DNA of 64,000 bases from Eubacteriales bacterium (GTDB lineage Bacteria > Bacillota > Clostridia > Oscillospirales > CAG-272): the NCBI GenBank assembly GCA_045632145.1, contig JAZQWB010000030.1, positions 48,333-112,332 of the forward strand. The letters are read 5' to 3'. A model generated the notes under the pieces. The model worked only from the letters and a program-made list of their open reading frames with translations, ran no database searches and was not told the origin of the DNA. Below are positions 8,136 through 17,053 of this stretch, piece by piece. How positions within the stretch are numbered: position 1 is the first letter of the stretch; each line of letters opens with the position of its first letter. The translations under genes and the position numbers were made by a program.

Positions 8136-8969
8136 ATGCAGGTTAATGAGAAGGCATATGCCAAAATAAACCTCTTTCTTGACGTGACAGAGCGTAGGCA
8201 AGACGGCTTTCATAATATTGTAAGCGTTATGCAGTCTGTTAGCCTTTGCGATACTATTTTGTTTAATGCCAGTTGTAGCGATACTACCTTGATTCGAATC
8301 ACGTCTGATGACCCCGGTCTGCCTCTTGATGAAGACAACCTTATTTATAAGGCGGCAGAGAAGTATCTTTCTTACTACGGTATCTGCGCAGAGGTCGATA
8401 TTCATCTGACTAAGCAAATTCCTATTGGTGCAGGTCTCGGTGGCGGATCATCCGATGCCGCCGCTACTCTTCGAGCTCTTGACAAGGTGTTTAATTTATC
8501 TAGTGGAAACGATCTGCTGCGATTGTCTGCAGAAATTGGTAGCGACGTTCCTTTCTGCCTTATTGGTGGACGTGCTTTGTGTACGGGACGAGGCGAGCAT
8601 CTCGAAGCTATAAAGGAGTATCCTATAAACCATTTTGTTATTTCAATAGGTAAGGAAAAGGTTTCTACTCCTAAAGCTTATAGGACACTTGATGAGAAAT
8701 ACAGCAACTTTGACGGTAGTGATTATCATCCTGTTCAGTATAGCGGTCAACTTTATAACATTTTTGAAAGTGTTACCGGCATCAATGAAGTTGATATAAT
8801 CAAAGAAATAATGACTAAAAACGGGGCAGAATCAACCTTAATGAGCGGAAGCGGTCCTTCCGTCTTTGGAATTTTCAGGAATTCCGATGATGCAAAAAAG
8901 GCCGTCGAGATTTTAAGATCAAGCGGTTTTTCAGCCTTCGAATGTCATTCTGTAAGGGAGAATTTATGA
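8136..8969 (+). CDS. ispE: 4-diphosphocytidyl-2-C-methyl-D-erythritol kinase
   Basis: KINLFLDV...RQDGFHNI...IPIGAGLGGGSSDAAATLRAL (GHMP kinase motif). Confidence 0.92.
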   Translation: MQVNEKAYAKINLFLDVTERRQDGFHNIVSVMQSVSLCDTILFNASCSDTTLIRITSDDPGLPLDEDNLIYKAAEKYLSYYGICAEVDIHLTKQIPIGAGLGGGSSDAAATLRALDKVFNLSSGNDLLRLSAEIGSDVPFCLIGGRALCTGRGEHLEAIKEYPINHFVISIGKEKVSTPKAYRTLDEKYSNFDGSDYHPVQYSGQLYNIFESVTGINEVDIIKEIMTKNGAESTLMSGSGPSVFGIFRNSDDAKKAVEILRSSGFSAFECHSVRENL

Positions 8970-9715
8970 TTTACGATCTTCTCGCCCCCTACTATGATGC
9001 TATTAATGCAGACATAGATTACGTTAAATGGGCAGATTTTATTGAAAAAATATTTAACAAAGAATGCAATAGCCGTCCGGATCTTGTTCTTGATCTTGGT
9101 TGTGGCACAGGAAAAATGACCCTTGAGCTTGCTAAACGTGGCTATGATATGACAGGCATAGATTATTCTCCCGAAATGCTTGACATCGCACGTAGTGAGG
9201 CAGAGGAAAAGCGGGCTGACGTGCTTTGGCTTTGCCAGGATATGCGTGAGTTTGAGCTTTACGGTACGGTTGATGCAGCCGTGTGCTGCCTTGACGGTAT
9301 CAATCACCTCGAGGATGAGGATGATCTTATCAGCTGCTTTAAGTTGGTACATAATTATCTTATTCCCGACGGTATCTTCGTATTTGATATTAATGCTAAA
9401 TACAAATTTGAGAACATTTATGCCGACAACACCTATGCTATGGAGGAAGAAGGCGGAATGTGCGTTTGGGAAAATTATTATGATCCCGATAGCAAAATTT
9501 GTGATTTCTATATTACATTATTTAAAGAATGTGCCGACGGTAGATATGAGAGATATGATGAAACTCAGAGCGAAAGAATGTACACTCTTGATGAAATGCG
9601 ATCGGCTCTTGAAAAATGTAATTTAGAGTTTATCGGAGCTTACGGGGATTTTGATTTTACACCCGGAAGCGATGAGTCCGAAAGAATATATATTGTTGCA
9701 AAATGCAGAAAGTGA
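8966..9715 (+). CDS. class I SAM-dependent methyltransferase
   Basis: VLDLGCGTGKMTLELAKRGYDMTGIDYSPEMLDIA motif. Start at 8966 (MIYDLL) follows an AAGGGAG RBS. Confidence 0.85.
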   Translation: MIYDLLAPYYDAINADIDYVKWADFIEKIFNKECNSRPDLVLDLGCGTGKMTLELAKRGYDMTGIDYSPEMLDIARSEAEEKRADVLWLCQDMREFELYGTVDAAVCCLDGINHLEDEDDLISCFKLVHNYLIPDGIFVFDINAKYKFENIYADNTYAMEEEGGMCVWENYYDPDSKICDFYITLFKECADGRYERYDETQSERMYTLDEMRSALEKCNLEFIGAYGDFDFTPGSDESERIYIVAKCRK

Positions 9716-9720
9716 TTATT

Positions 9721-10617
9721 ATGGAAAACAAGAACATACCTACATCAACAATCCTTCGCGCAATGACCAGAGACGGTTCTGCCCGAATTTTAGTTATTAA
9801 TTCTCGCAAAATTGTTAATGATGCGATTTCTTATCACAAGACAACTCCCACCGCGTCTGCAGCTCTCGGTAGACTTGTAACCGCTACTTCTATGATAGGC
9901 ACCATGCTCCCCGAGAACGGTGATAGCGTAACTATCAGCATTCAGGGTGACGGTGAGGCAGGCAGACTTCTTACAGTAGCTGATTACTTCGGTAACGTGA
10001 AGGGATATATCGAAAATCCTCTTGTTGATCCCCCAAAGAAGCCAAACGGTAAGCTTGACGTTGGTGCAGCTATCGGTAACGGTACAATCTCCTTTGTTAG
10101 ATCTGTCGGTGCTATCGATCCCCAGATCGGTACTATCGAGCTTGTAAGCGGTGAGATTGCTGAGGATATTGCAACCTACTTTGCCAAGAGTGAGCAGATT
10201 CCTACTGTTCTTTCTCTTGGTGTACTTGTTGATACTGATTACTCCTGCCTTGCCGCAGGCGGTGTTCTTATCCAGCTTATGCCTTTCCCGGATGATGAGA
10301 CTGTTGATCTTATCGAGAGAAATGCTGCTGATCTCGTTAATATCTCCCGTCACTTTGCTGCGGGATTAACCAATGAGCAGATTATTGAGATCGCAATGCG
10401 TGATATTCCTTTCGACATCTTCGATACCATCGACGTTTCTTACAAGTGCGATTGCTCTCGCAAGCGTATGTTTGAAAAGATTAAGAGCCTTGGTGCAAAG
10501 GAAATCGCCAAGATGCTTGATGAGCAGGAGGAAGAGGGCAAGGCACGTGAGCTTACAGCTATCTGCCGCTTCTGTAATAGCGAGTACACATTCTCCGAAA
10601 ATGAGCTTTTAAAGTAA
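9721..10617 (+). CDS. hslO: Hsp33 family redox-regulated chaperone
   Basis: C-terminal zinc centre YKCDCSRKR...CRFCNSEY. The start at 9721 was chosen over 9703, which lacks an RBS. Confidence 0.9.
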   Translation: MENKNIPTSTILRAMTRDGSARILVINSRKIVNDAISYHKTTPTASAALGRLVTATSMIGTMLPENGDSVTISIQGDGEAGRLLTVADYFGNVKGYIENPLVDPPKKPNGKLDVGAAIGNGTISFVRSVGAIDPQIGTIELVSGEIAEDIATYFAKSEQIPTVLSLGVLVDTDYSCLAAGGVLIQLMPFPDDETVDLIERNAADLVNISRHFAAGLTNEQIIEIAMRDIPFDIFDTIDVSYKCDCSRKRMFEKIKSLGAKEIAKMLDEQEEEGKARELTAICRFCNSEYTFSENELLK

Positions 10618-10626
10618 TAATAAATG

Positions 10627-10667
10627 AAATCCTCGGTACGTATAATTGACCGAGGATTTTTATTTTT
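10627..10667 (+). terminator. rho-independent terminator of hslO
   Basis: aaatcctcggt...accgaggattt followed by tttatttttt. Confidence 0.8.
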
Positions 10668-10678
10668 GGAGAAACGGT

Positions 10679-11197
10679 ATGAATTTTGAAGCTATGAATA
10701 TGTTTTTATCAGCAGAGAATATCAAAAAACATCTGGAGCACCTAAGAACCCTAAGGCTTAAGTATTCTGTGTTGGAAAAAAGTGTTCCCGAAATTGTCGG
10801 ACGGGATATGTTAGAAATCTCAAAACTTCGCATATCCAGTCAAATACGCGAAGAGGCAACTAGACTATTGTGGAATATACGATCACACGAGCTGTTTTTT
10901 GATTCCTTCACCGACAGACCAACCTGGACTAATAAGGAAATTTCAAGAGAAAAGCTGATGTACGATATATTGCAGATGTCTTACGACAAGGATTATGGCT
11001 TTATTTATATATATAACGATAGAAATGGAAGAATAAAAATCTCCCATTCTATAGAATATGACGGGGCTTTTGTTACTTATACTCCGGGTCTTTGCATTGA
11101 TGTTTGTGAGCACGTCTATTTTTGTGATTACGGATTTAAAAGGGATAGGTATGTAGGCGGAGCCTTAAGTTATTTAAATACAGGTAAACTGACTTGA
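10679..11197 (+). CDS. short divergent Fe/Mn superoxide dismutase-like protein
   Basis: IDVCEHVYFCDYGFKRDRYV resembles DVWEHAYYLxYQNRRPDYI, and RSHELFF resembles NHSLFW. The start at 10679 follows GGAGAAA. The longer ORF start overlaps the terminator. Confidence 0.5.
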   Translation: MNFEAMNMFLSAENIKKHLEHLRTLRLKYSVLEKSVPEIVGRDMLEISKLRISSQIREEATRLLWNIRSHELFFDSFTDRPTWTNKEISREKLMYDILQMSYDKDYGFIYIYNDRNGRIKISHSIEYDGAFVTYTPGLCIDVCEHVYFCDYGFKRDRYVGGALSYLNTGKLT

Positions 11198-11253
11198 CAA
11201 ATAATCAATAAAAGGGTATAATAATTGTAAAAACAATTAAAAGGATGAAGAAA

Positions 11254-12486
11254 ATGGCTATATTAAAAGGTAATGCTGTTGTCGGTCAGTCCGGCGGTCC
11301 TACTGCGGCAATAAATGCAACGCTTGCAGGTGTTATCAGAGGCGCTCTCGCTGCCAAAGATACTATTCCTACCATTTATGGTATGAGAAACGGTATTGAA
11401 GGCTTCCTTGAAGAAAAGCTTGTAAACTTAAGCGAGGTGTTTGCTGATGAAAATAAGCTTTCTACACTTGAGCTTACCCCATCTGCAGCACTCGGCTCAT
11501 GCCGTAAAAAGATGAAGTCACCCGAGGATGATCCCGAGACATATAATAGACTTATCCAGCTTTTCAAAAAGTATGACATCAGATACTTCTTCTATATCGG
11601 CGGTAATGACTCTATGGATACCGTTTCGAAGCTTTCTCGTTATGCTATGGATCATGACTATGAGTTAAAGGTTGTTGGTGTGCCTAAGACTATTGACAAC
11701 GATCTTATGGCTACCGACCACACACCCGGATTCGGTTCTGCCGCAAAATTTGTGGCGGTTACGATAAAAGAGATCCTCCGTGACGTGTCTGTATATCGGA
11801 TGAAGGCGGTTACTATCGTTGAGATTATGGGTCGCGATGCAGGTTGGCTTACTGCTTCCGCATCTCTTGCAGGACTTACAGACGGCAAGGGCGCAGATCT
11901 TATTTATCTCCCTGAGGCTGAGTTTGACCCCGAGAAATTTCTCTCCGATATCGAGAGAATTCAGAAGGATCATCCAGCGGTGCTTGTTGCTGTATCCGAG
12001 GGCATTAGATTTGCCGACGGTAGATACGTAGGTGAGGGACTTGGTGGACGAAAGATCGATGCCTTCGGCCACGTTGCACTTTCCGGTGCAGGCAGAGTGC
12101 TTGAGGGACTTGTGAAGGAGCATCTTGGCTGCAAGGTAAGATCTATTGAACTTAACCTTCCTCAGCGCTGTGCCTCTCATCTTGCTTCCAAGACAGACAT
12201 CGAGGAGTCTGTTGGTGTTGGCAAGGCTGCTGTTATTGCGGCCACAAATGGAAAAACAGGAGTAATGATGACCATCAATAGAAATGAAGGGGAGGATTAT
12301 TCTGTTTATTATGACTCTGCAGACATCTTTGGCATTGCAAACGGAGTTAGATCTGTACCTAAGGAATACATTAATAATGAAGGCAACGGTGTAACCGAGG
12401 AGTGCGTTAAGTATCTTGCGCCCCTTATTGTAGGTGAGGTTTCACCCACTTACATAAGCGGCTTGCCAGATCATCTAGTATTATAA
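11254..12486 (+). CDS. 6-phosphofructokinase (long type, possibly PPi-dependent)
   Basis: GGPTAAINA, YIGGNDSMDT, VGVPKTIDNDL, MGRDAGWL. Asp at the Gly104-equivalent position (GGNDS) correlates with PPi use in characterised enzymes. Confidence 0.88.
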   Translation: MAILKGNAVVGQSGGPTAAINATLAGVIRGALAAKDTIPTIYGMRNGIEGFLEEKLVNLSEVFADENKLSTLELTPSAALGSCRKKMKSPEDDPETYNRLIQLFKKYDIRYFFYIGGNDSMDTVSKLSRYAMDHDYELKVVGVPKTIDNDLMATDHTPGFGSAAKFVAVTIKEILRDVSVYRMKAVTIVEIMGRDAGWLTASASLAGLTDGKGADLIYLPEAEFDPEKFLSDIERIQKDHPAVLVAVSEGIRFADGRYVGEGLGGRKIDAFGHVALSGAGRVLEGLVKEHLGCKVRSIELNLPQRCASHLASKTDIEESVGVGKAAVIAATNGKTGVMMTINRNEGEDYSVYYDSADIFGIANGVRSVPKEYINNEGNGVTEECVKYLAPLIVGEVSPTYISGLPDHLVL

Positions 12487-12504
12487 TATATAGGTATAAA
12501 TTAA

Positions 12505-12535
12505 GGGACTGTCGCAAAAGCGACAGTCCCATTTT
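12505..12535. terminator. bidirectional terminator between convergent genes
   Basis: gggactgtcgc-aaaa-gcgacagtccc followed by atttt; it lies between stop codons on opposite strands. Confidence 0.8.
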
Positions 12536-12552
12536 GTTGTTATTAAACTAAA

Positions 12553-14814
12553 TTAATGATAGAACTCGAAGGTTACAGAAAGACCGCCCTGGGTAAGAGT
12601 AATGGTTTCAGCCTGATTAAATGCAGCGAGGATAGCCGCGTGGCTTGCATCAGTACCAATTACCTTCATATTAAGGTCCATAAAGGTAGAACCATTATAG
12701 AAAATGCTGTAAACATTACCATCTGCACCTGTAACAGTGAAGAAGGGGGGGATCGATTTAAAAAGATCAACATCAGGCTTCTGATTATCGGGATCACTCA
12801 TAGCACCTTCAGTTATAGCCTTGATGGATGCCCAGTTAAGGTTATCTGCAGTCTGGAATCTGCTGAAGGTGGTGTCATCGATTGTAAGAGAGCCCTGAGC
12901 AGCGATACCGGTGATAACGCTTGTTGCATCGTTACCGGTTGCCATAACTGCACCGATGATATTCATCTTGCCGTTGGCATCAACAAAGCTACCAACACCA
13001 AGGCCATACTGTAAGCCCTGGCTGAGAGCCTTGATACCACCAACAAGGGTGTCTGCGCCTACTGCCTTGAACCAGATCTCGTTACCTGCTACGTGAGTCT
13101 CGGTAACGGTGTTGTTAAGGTTAACAACGGGGTGCTGGCCAGCGATATCAAGCTTGCTCTGAGCGATGATAACGGGACCACCGCAGCCGTAAATGTAGGA
13201 GTCGGTGAAGTTAACCTCGCACTTACCCCATGCAAAGATCGCATTCTGGTAGGAGTCGAAGCACTTTACGTTGGTTGCATCAAGAGTTGCATCGTAGTCT
13301 ACGAAATAGGTGATGAATCCGGAGTTGCCGATAACGTTATCAACGGTTGTCTGTGTGTAGTGGCTGGACTTCAAGAAGATGAGACCGCCTGCAGAAGCAA
13401 GCTTTTCAGTTGCATCAACGTAGTTGTCTCTTGCCGCGTTACCGATGAACTGAAGGTTGTTGATGTCAACAACAGCAACGTCCTCACCACAAGGATAATA
13501 TGTGTTTGTGGAATAGTCGTAGTAGATCGAAATAGTAGCTACTCTGATAAGAGCCGCGTTAGAGAAGTCGGCGCCGTAATCCTTGTTAGCATCTGCACCA
13601 AAAACAGCAGGGGAAGCAACAAGGGGGAATTCTCTGGTATCGATTGCAAAGAAGTTACCCTCGATTCTAAGGTCCTCAGAGCCTACGCGAGTGTAAACAA
13701 TGCTACCGTCAATGAAGAACTTGGTTCCTGCGGGAATAGTCTTTGTTTCGCCGGTCTCAGAGTTGGTGTAAACGGTTTCCTTTTCGGAGGTGTAGAAGAA
13801 GGACTCGGGAACATCATCAGCAGTAAGCTTGATATCAGCATGGAGAACAATACCTGTAACCGTAACATTGGTAATGCCGTGGGAGTACTTAAAGCCGTCC
13901 CATGCGGGATTATTGTTATCAATAACAGCAAGCTGCCAAGCCTCGTAAATGTTATAAGCCTTGATAATCTCTGCCTCGAATACAACAGCATTGAAATCGC
14001 TTGCATTGAGGTAGTAATCAGCAGAGGGAAGAACGCTGATCTTAACCTTGCAGTTTTCAGCAGCTGCGCTGAAGGAATACTCACCCTTGAAGGCATCAAC
14101 AGTTACGATGAGAGTCTCACCGTCATAGAAGGAAAGGAAATTGTTTTCGCCCTCAACAGAGGTAAGCTCAACATATTCGCCATCCTTTTCGATGGAGATC
14201 ATAACGTCGGTATAGAAGCTAGAGCGCTCTGCGGGAACACCGTTTTCATCAAGAATTGCAAAGAGAGGAGAAAGCTTGAACGCGTTTTGGTTACCAATAA
14301 CATAGGTCTTGTCGCCAACTGCAAACTGACCCTCGAAGCCAGGCTGACCGTAAGAAAGAGAGCCAGCAGACTCATTAGCGGAATTAAAAGCGGTAAGGTT
14401 AGTGGGATTCTCGAACTGAACAACAATCTGAGGTGTGGTAATATCAGCACCGTCTTCTGTAACAGTAATCTCAACCTCTGCCTTCTGCTCAACATTAAGG
14501 TTGGGATCAAGGAAGGATACGGTTACCTTCTTTTTACCAACGGTATCAGTAATACCGTCCTCGTAATCGATAGTAAGCTCATCGTAGGTGTAAACCTTGT
14601 TAAGAGATGCGTCGGAATACTTAGCTGTAGCCTTGATTCCGGTGAAATCGATCTCTTCGCCAACAATGTAGTTGGTTTTGATGGTGCTGCGGTCAACGGT
14701 AAATGACTCGAGCTTCAAGCTTCCGCCGAAAATGTCGCAGGAAGCGAAGGACAGAACGAGTGCAAACACAACAACAGCTGCAAAGAGCTTAGAAAGGGTG
14801 TGAACTGTTTTCAT
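12553..14814 (-). CDS. 753-aa putative lipoprotein with N-terminal Ig-like (Big_3-like) domain; remainder unknown
   Basis: Signal peptide plus lipobox ...LVLSFASC. Y.VGEEIDFTGIKATAKYSD...GKKKVTVSF resembles bacterial Ig-like domains. Last gene of the operon. Confidence 0.85.
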   Translation of the reverse strand: MKTVHTLSKLFAAVVVFALVLSFASCDIFGGSLKLESFTVDRSTIKTNYIVGEEIDFTGIKATAKYSDASLNKVYTYDELTIDYEDGITDTVGKKKVTVSFLDPNLNVEQKAEVEITVTEDGADITTPQIVVQFENPTNLTAFNSANESAGSLSYGQPGFEGQFAVGDKTYVIGNQNAFKLSPLFAILDENGVPAERSSFYTDVMISIEKDGEYVELTSVEGENNFLSFYDGETLIVTVDAFKGEYSFSAAAENCKVKISVLPSADYYLNASDFNAVVFEAEIIKAYNIYEAWQLAVIDNNNPAWDGFKYSHGITNVTVTGIVLHADIKLTADDVPESFFYTSEKETVYTNSETGETKTIPAGTKFFIDGSIVYTRVGSEDLRIEGNFFAIDTREFPLVASPAVFGADANKDYGADFSNAALIRVATISIYYDYSTNTYYPCGEDVAVVDINNLQFIGNAARDNYVDATEKLASAGGLIFLKSSHYTQTTVDNVIGNSGFITYFVDYDATLDATNVKCFDSYQNAIFAWGKCEVNFTDSYIYGCGGPVIIAQSKLDIAGQHPVVNLNNTVTETHVAGNEIWFKAVGADTLVGGIKALSQGLQYGLGVGSFVDANGKMNIIGAVMATGNDATSVITGIAAQGSLTIDDTTFSRFQTADNLNWASIKAITEGAMSDPDNQKPDVDLFKSIPPFFTVTGADGNVYSIFYNGSTFMDLNMKVIGTDASHAAILAAFNQAETITLTQGGLSVTFEFYH

Positions 14815-14855
14815 TTTAGTGCCTCCTAAAATATATTTTATTGTTTTAAGATATA

Positions 14856-15353
14856 TTATTTCTGGATAAGTCTACCCATAATTGATATCTGGTTTTTAAC
14901 TAACGAACCGTCTGTGGATTCAATAGTTATAGTGTAAATTACATTGGGACGAAGGAATATAAAGGTTTTTGACAGCTCGTCAAATACAACCGAGCCTGCC
15001 ATAGAATCCTTGTCGTAAACAAACTTTACACTTGTATTATCCGCATTGTGAGGAAGTACCTCATAATTGATTTGGACAGCATTGGGGTTGGAAATAATAC
15101 TTAAATCATCTGTTGTATAGCTTGATCCGTCGGGAGCAGGGATAAAATCGAAAATATACAGAGGAATTCCGTGAAGCGTAGAGGATGATTCTATAGTAAC
15201 GGGATTCTCATTTTGTACAGTTATTGATGTAACCTGAATTCCGTTTACATAAGTAACACCATCAAAAACCTGATCCTTAAGACCAAAGAAGTTTACCACC
15301 GCAATCGAAGCAACGTAAACTGCAAGGATAATTATAACTAATGTTTTTTTCAT
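14856..15353 (-). CDS. 165-aa membrane-anchored extracytoplasmic protein (Ig/Big_2-like fold suspected)
   Basis: N-terminal TM helix KKTLVIIILAVYVASIAVVNFF; ...VLPHNADNTSVKF...ITIESTDG pattern. Confidence 0.75.
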   Translation of the reverse strand: MKKTLVIIILAVYVASIAVVNFFGLKDQVFDGVTYVNGIQVTSITVQNENPVTIESSSTLHGIPLYIFDFIPAPDGSSYTTDDLSIISNPNAVQINYEVLPHNADNTSVKFVYDKDSMAGSVVFDELSKTFIFLRPNVIYTITIESTDGSLVKNQISIMGRLIQK

Positions 15354-15355
15354 TC

Positions 15356-17053
15356 TTATTTCTCCTTGTAGAATGCTTTGATTTTGGACAGATAAGTGTA
15401 TACCTTGAATGCTGCAATTGCCATCGAGATAATACCAAGCTTAATCCATGTGGTGGTATCACCACGGGAAGAAAGGAAAAGCGCAACAACAAACACAACA
15501 ACCGAAATAACCAAGGCGGAGATTCCTGACGATGATTCGTTAGGATTATTTGTCTGCTCGTTAAAGGTAGCATACTGGCTGTACTGAGGATTCATAATAT
15601 CGCTCTCGGCGCTTATAAACAAGTGCGCGATGTATAACGAATAAATAGTTATAGCGATCATTATAGCATCCAAAGGATTCATCGATGATTCGATAGCAAA
15701 GATGTTAACCGAAAGTATTGCACCAACCAGAGATATAGCGGCAGGGAATACCAACTTCGAGATAAGCAGAGTAACGTAGGGCGCGGGCTGAACCTTATTA
15801 AGATAAGAGCTGGACCCGTCGCGGCTGTAAACCGAGGCTATGTCAATATTCGTCATCAGCATAATGAGCATGATAATAAGAACGTTGAAACATACGGTCA
15901 TCTGTGTACCAAGGAACTTGGTATCCATTGCAGAATAAAGCTTGTTAAGCAAATATATTGCCATAGGCATAATTACAACAAGTAAGCCGCCAAGCTTGAT
16001 GAAGGCGTTGGATCGGAGATCGACAGTAACTTCCTTCTTCAGTGCAGACAAGAAGGGAGAGAGCTTGATGTTTTTCTTTTCCCTTATTGCATTATTCTTT
16101 TTAAACTCAAAGGGAGTTGAGGCCATACGGCAGAACAGAGGTTTTGAGCAAACAAAGCAAAGGACAAGAAGAACAATGCCTATTCCAATAATAGAAAGCA
16201 ACGAAATAAGGGTTGCCGAATGGAAAATAACGCTTGTAAGTCCGATGGTTTTTCCAACAATCAGTTCGGTAAAGATGTAGATAGGAGCAAAGTTAGTAGT
16301 AAACTGCTTGAGGAATGCCTGAATATCCCAGTATGTGTCTCCCCAGGATTCGAGGAAATTGATATTCTCGGGGATAAGACCGATTAAATACCAAAGAAGG
16401 AGAATTCCCGCAATTGCAGCGGCAGAATATAAGATATACTGAAGAATCTTTACTCTGTCGAGGAATATTTTAGCAAACATAGCAGGGATAGAAAGCAATG
16501 CTGCGATAAGAACGGGAATAGTCGAAATGAGGATAAACATAAGTATCAACCAAGGGTAGTAAATAGCGGAATAGCCCTTTACAATACCGTAGGCGATAAA
16601 CATAGGGATAGTGAACATAAAGCTTCTGCGAAGCTCGTAAACATAGTATGCCACAAGCTTGGAGAAGAAAATCAACGAGGGGGTTGCAGGGAAGGTTAAG
16701 AGGACTGTGTTATCCTTTGAGAAATAAAGAGATTTCATTAGTCCGATAGTATCGGTTACCAGTGAAATAAGAAGCATAATTCCAAATATCAGTGAAATTA
16801 CCGATACAGGAATGTCGTGGACCAGTGAAAATAGGCCCAAAAGCTTTATGAAATAGAACAGAATTGAAATTGCAGTAGTAATTACAGCAAATTCAACTAA
16901 GAGCCAAATTATCTTAAAGATAATCTGCCTTGGCGATTTTGTAAAGCTGAAATCAAGTTTTTCCCTGAGCTGCATCTTAACAAGAGTTTTTAAGGCTCTG
17001 AAGTTTTCGCTGAAGGTTTCCTTGAAATATCCTTTATTTGCGGTTTTTGTCAT
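15356..17053 (-). CDS. polytopic ABC exporter permease (putative ABC-exporter family)
   Basis: About 12 hydrophobic spans. The start overlaps the upstream ATPase stop (ATGA, 17050-17053). Confidence 0.8.
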   Translation of the reverse strand: MTKTANKGYFKETFSENFRALKTLVKMQLREKLDFSFTKSPRQIIFKIIWLLVEFAVITTAISILFYFIKLLGLFSLVHDIPVSVISLIFGIMLLISLVTDTIGLMKSLYFSKDNTVLLTFPATPSLIFFSKLVAYYVYELRRSFMFTIPMFIAYGIVKGYSAIYYPWLILMFILISTIPVLIAALLSIPAMFAKIFLDRVKILQYILYSAAAIAGILLLWYLIGLIPENINFLESWGDTYWDIQAFLKQFTTNFAPIYIFTELIVGKTIGLTSVIFHSATLISLLSIIGIGIVLLVLCFVCSKPLFCRMASTPFEFKKNNAIREKKNIKLSPFLSALKKEVTVDLRSNAFIKLGGLLVVIMPMAIYLLNKLYSAMDTKFLGTQMTVCFNVLIIMLIMLMTNIDIASVYSRDGSSSYLNKVQPAPYVTLLISKLVFPAAISLVGAILSVNIFAIESSMNPLDAIMIAITIYSLYIAHLFISAESDIMNPQYSQYATFNEQTNNPNESSSGISALVISVVVFVVALFLSSRGDTTTWIKLGIISMAIAAFKVYTYLSKIKAFYKEK

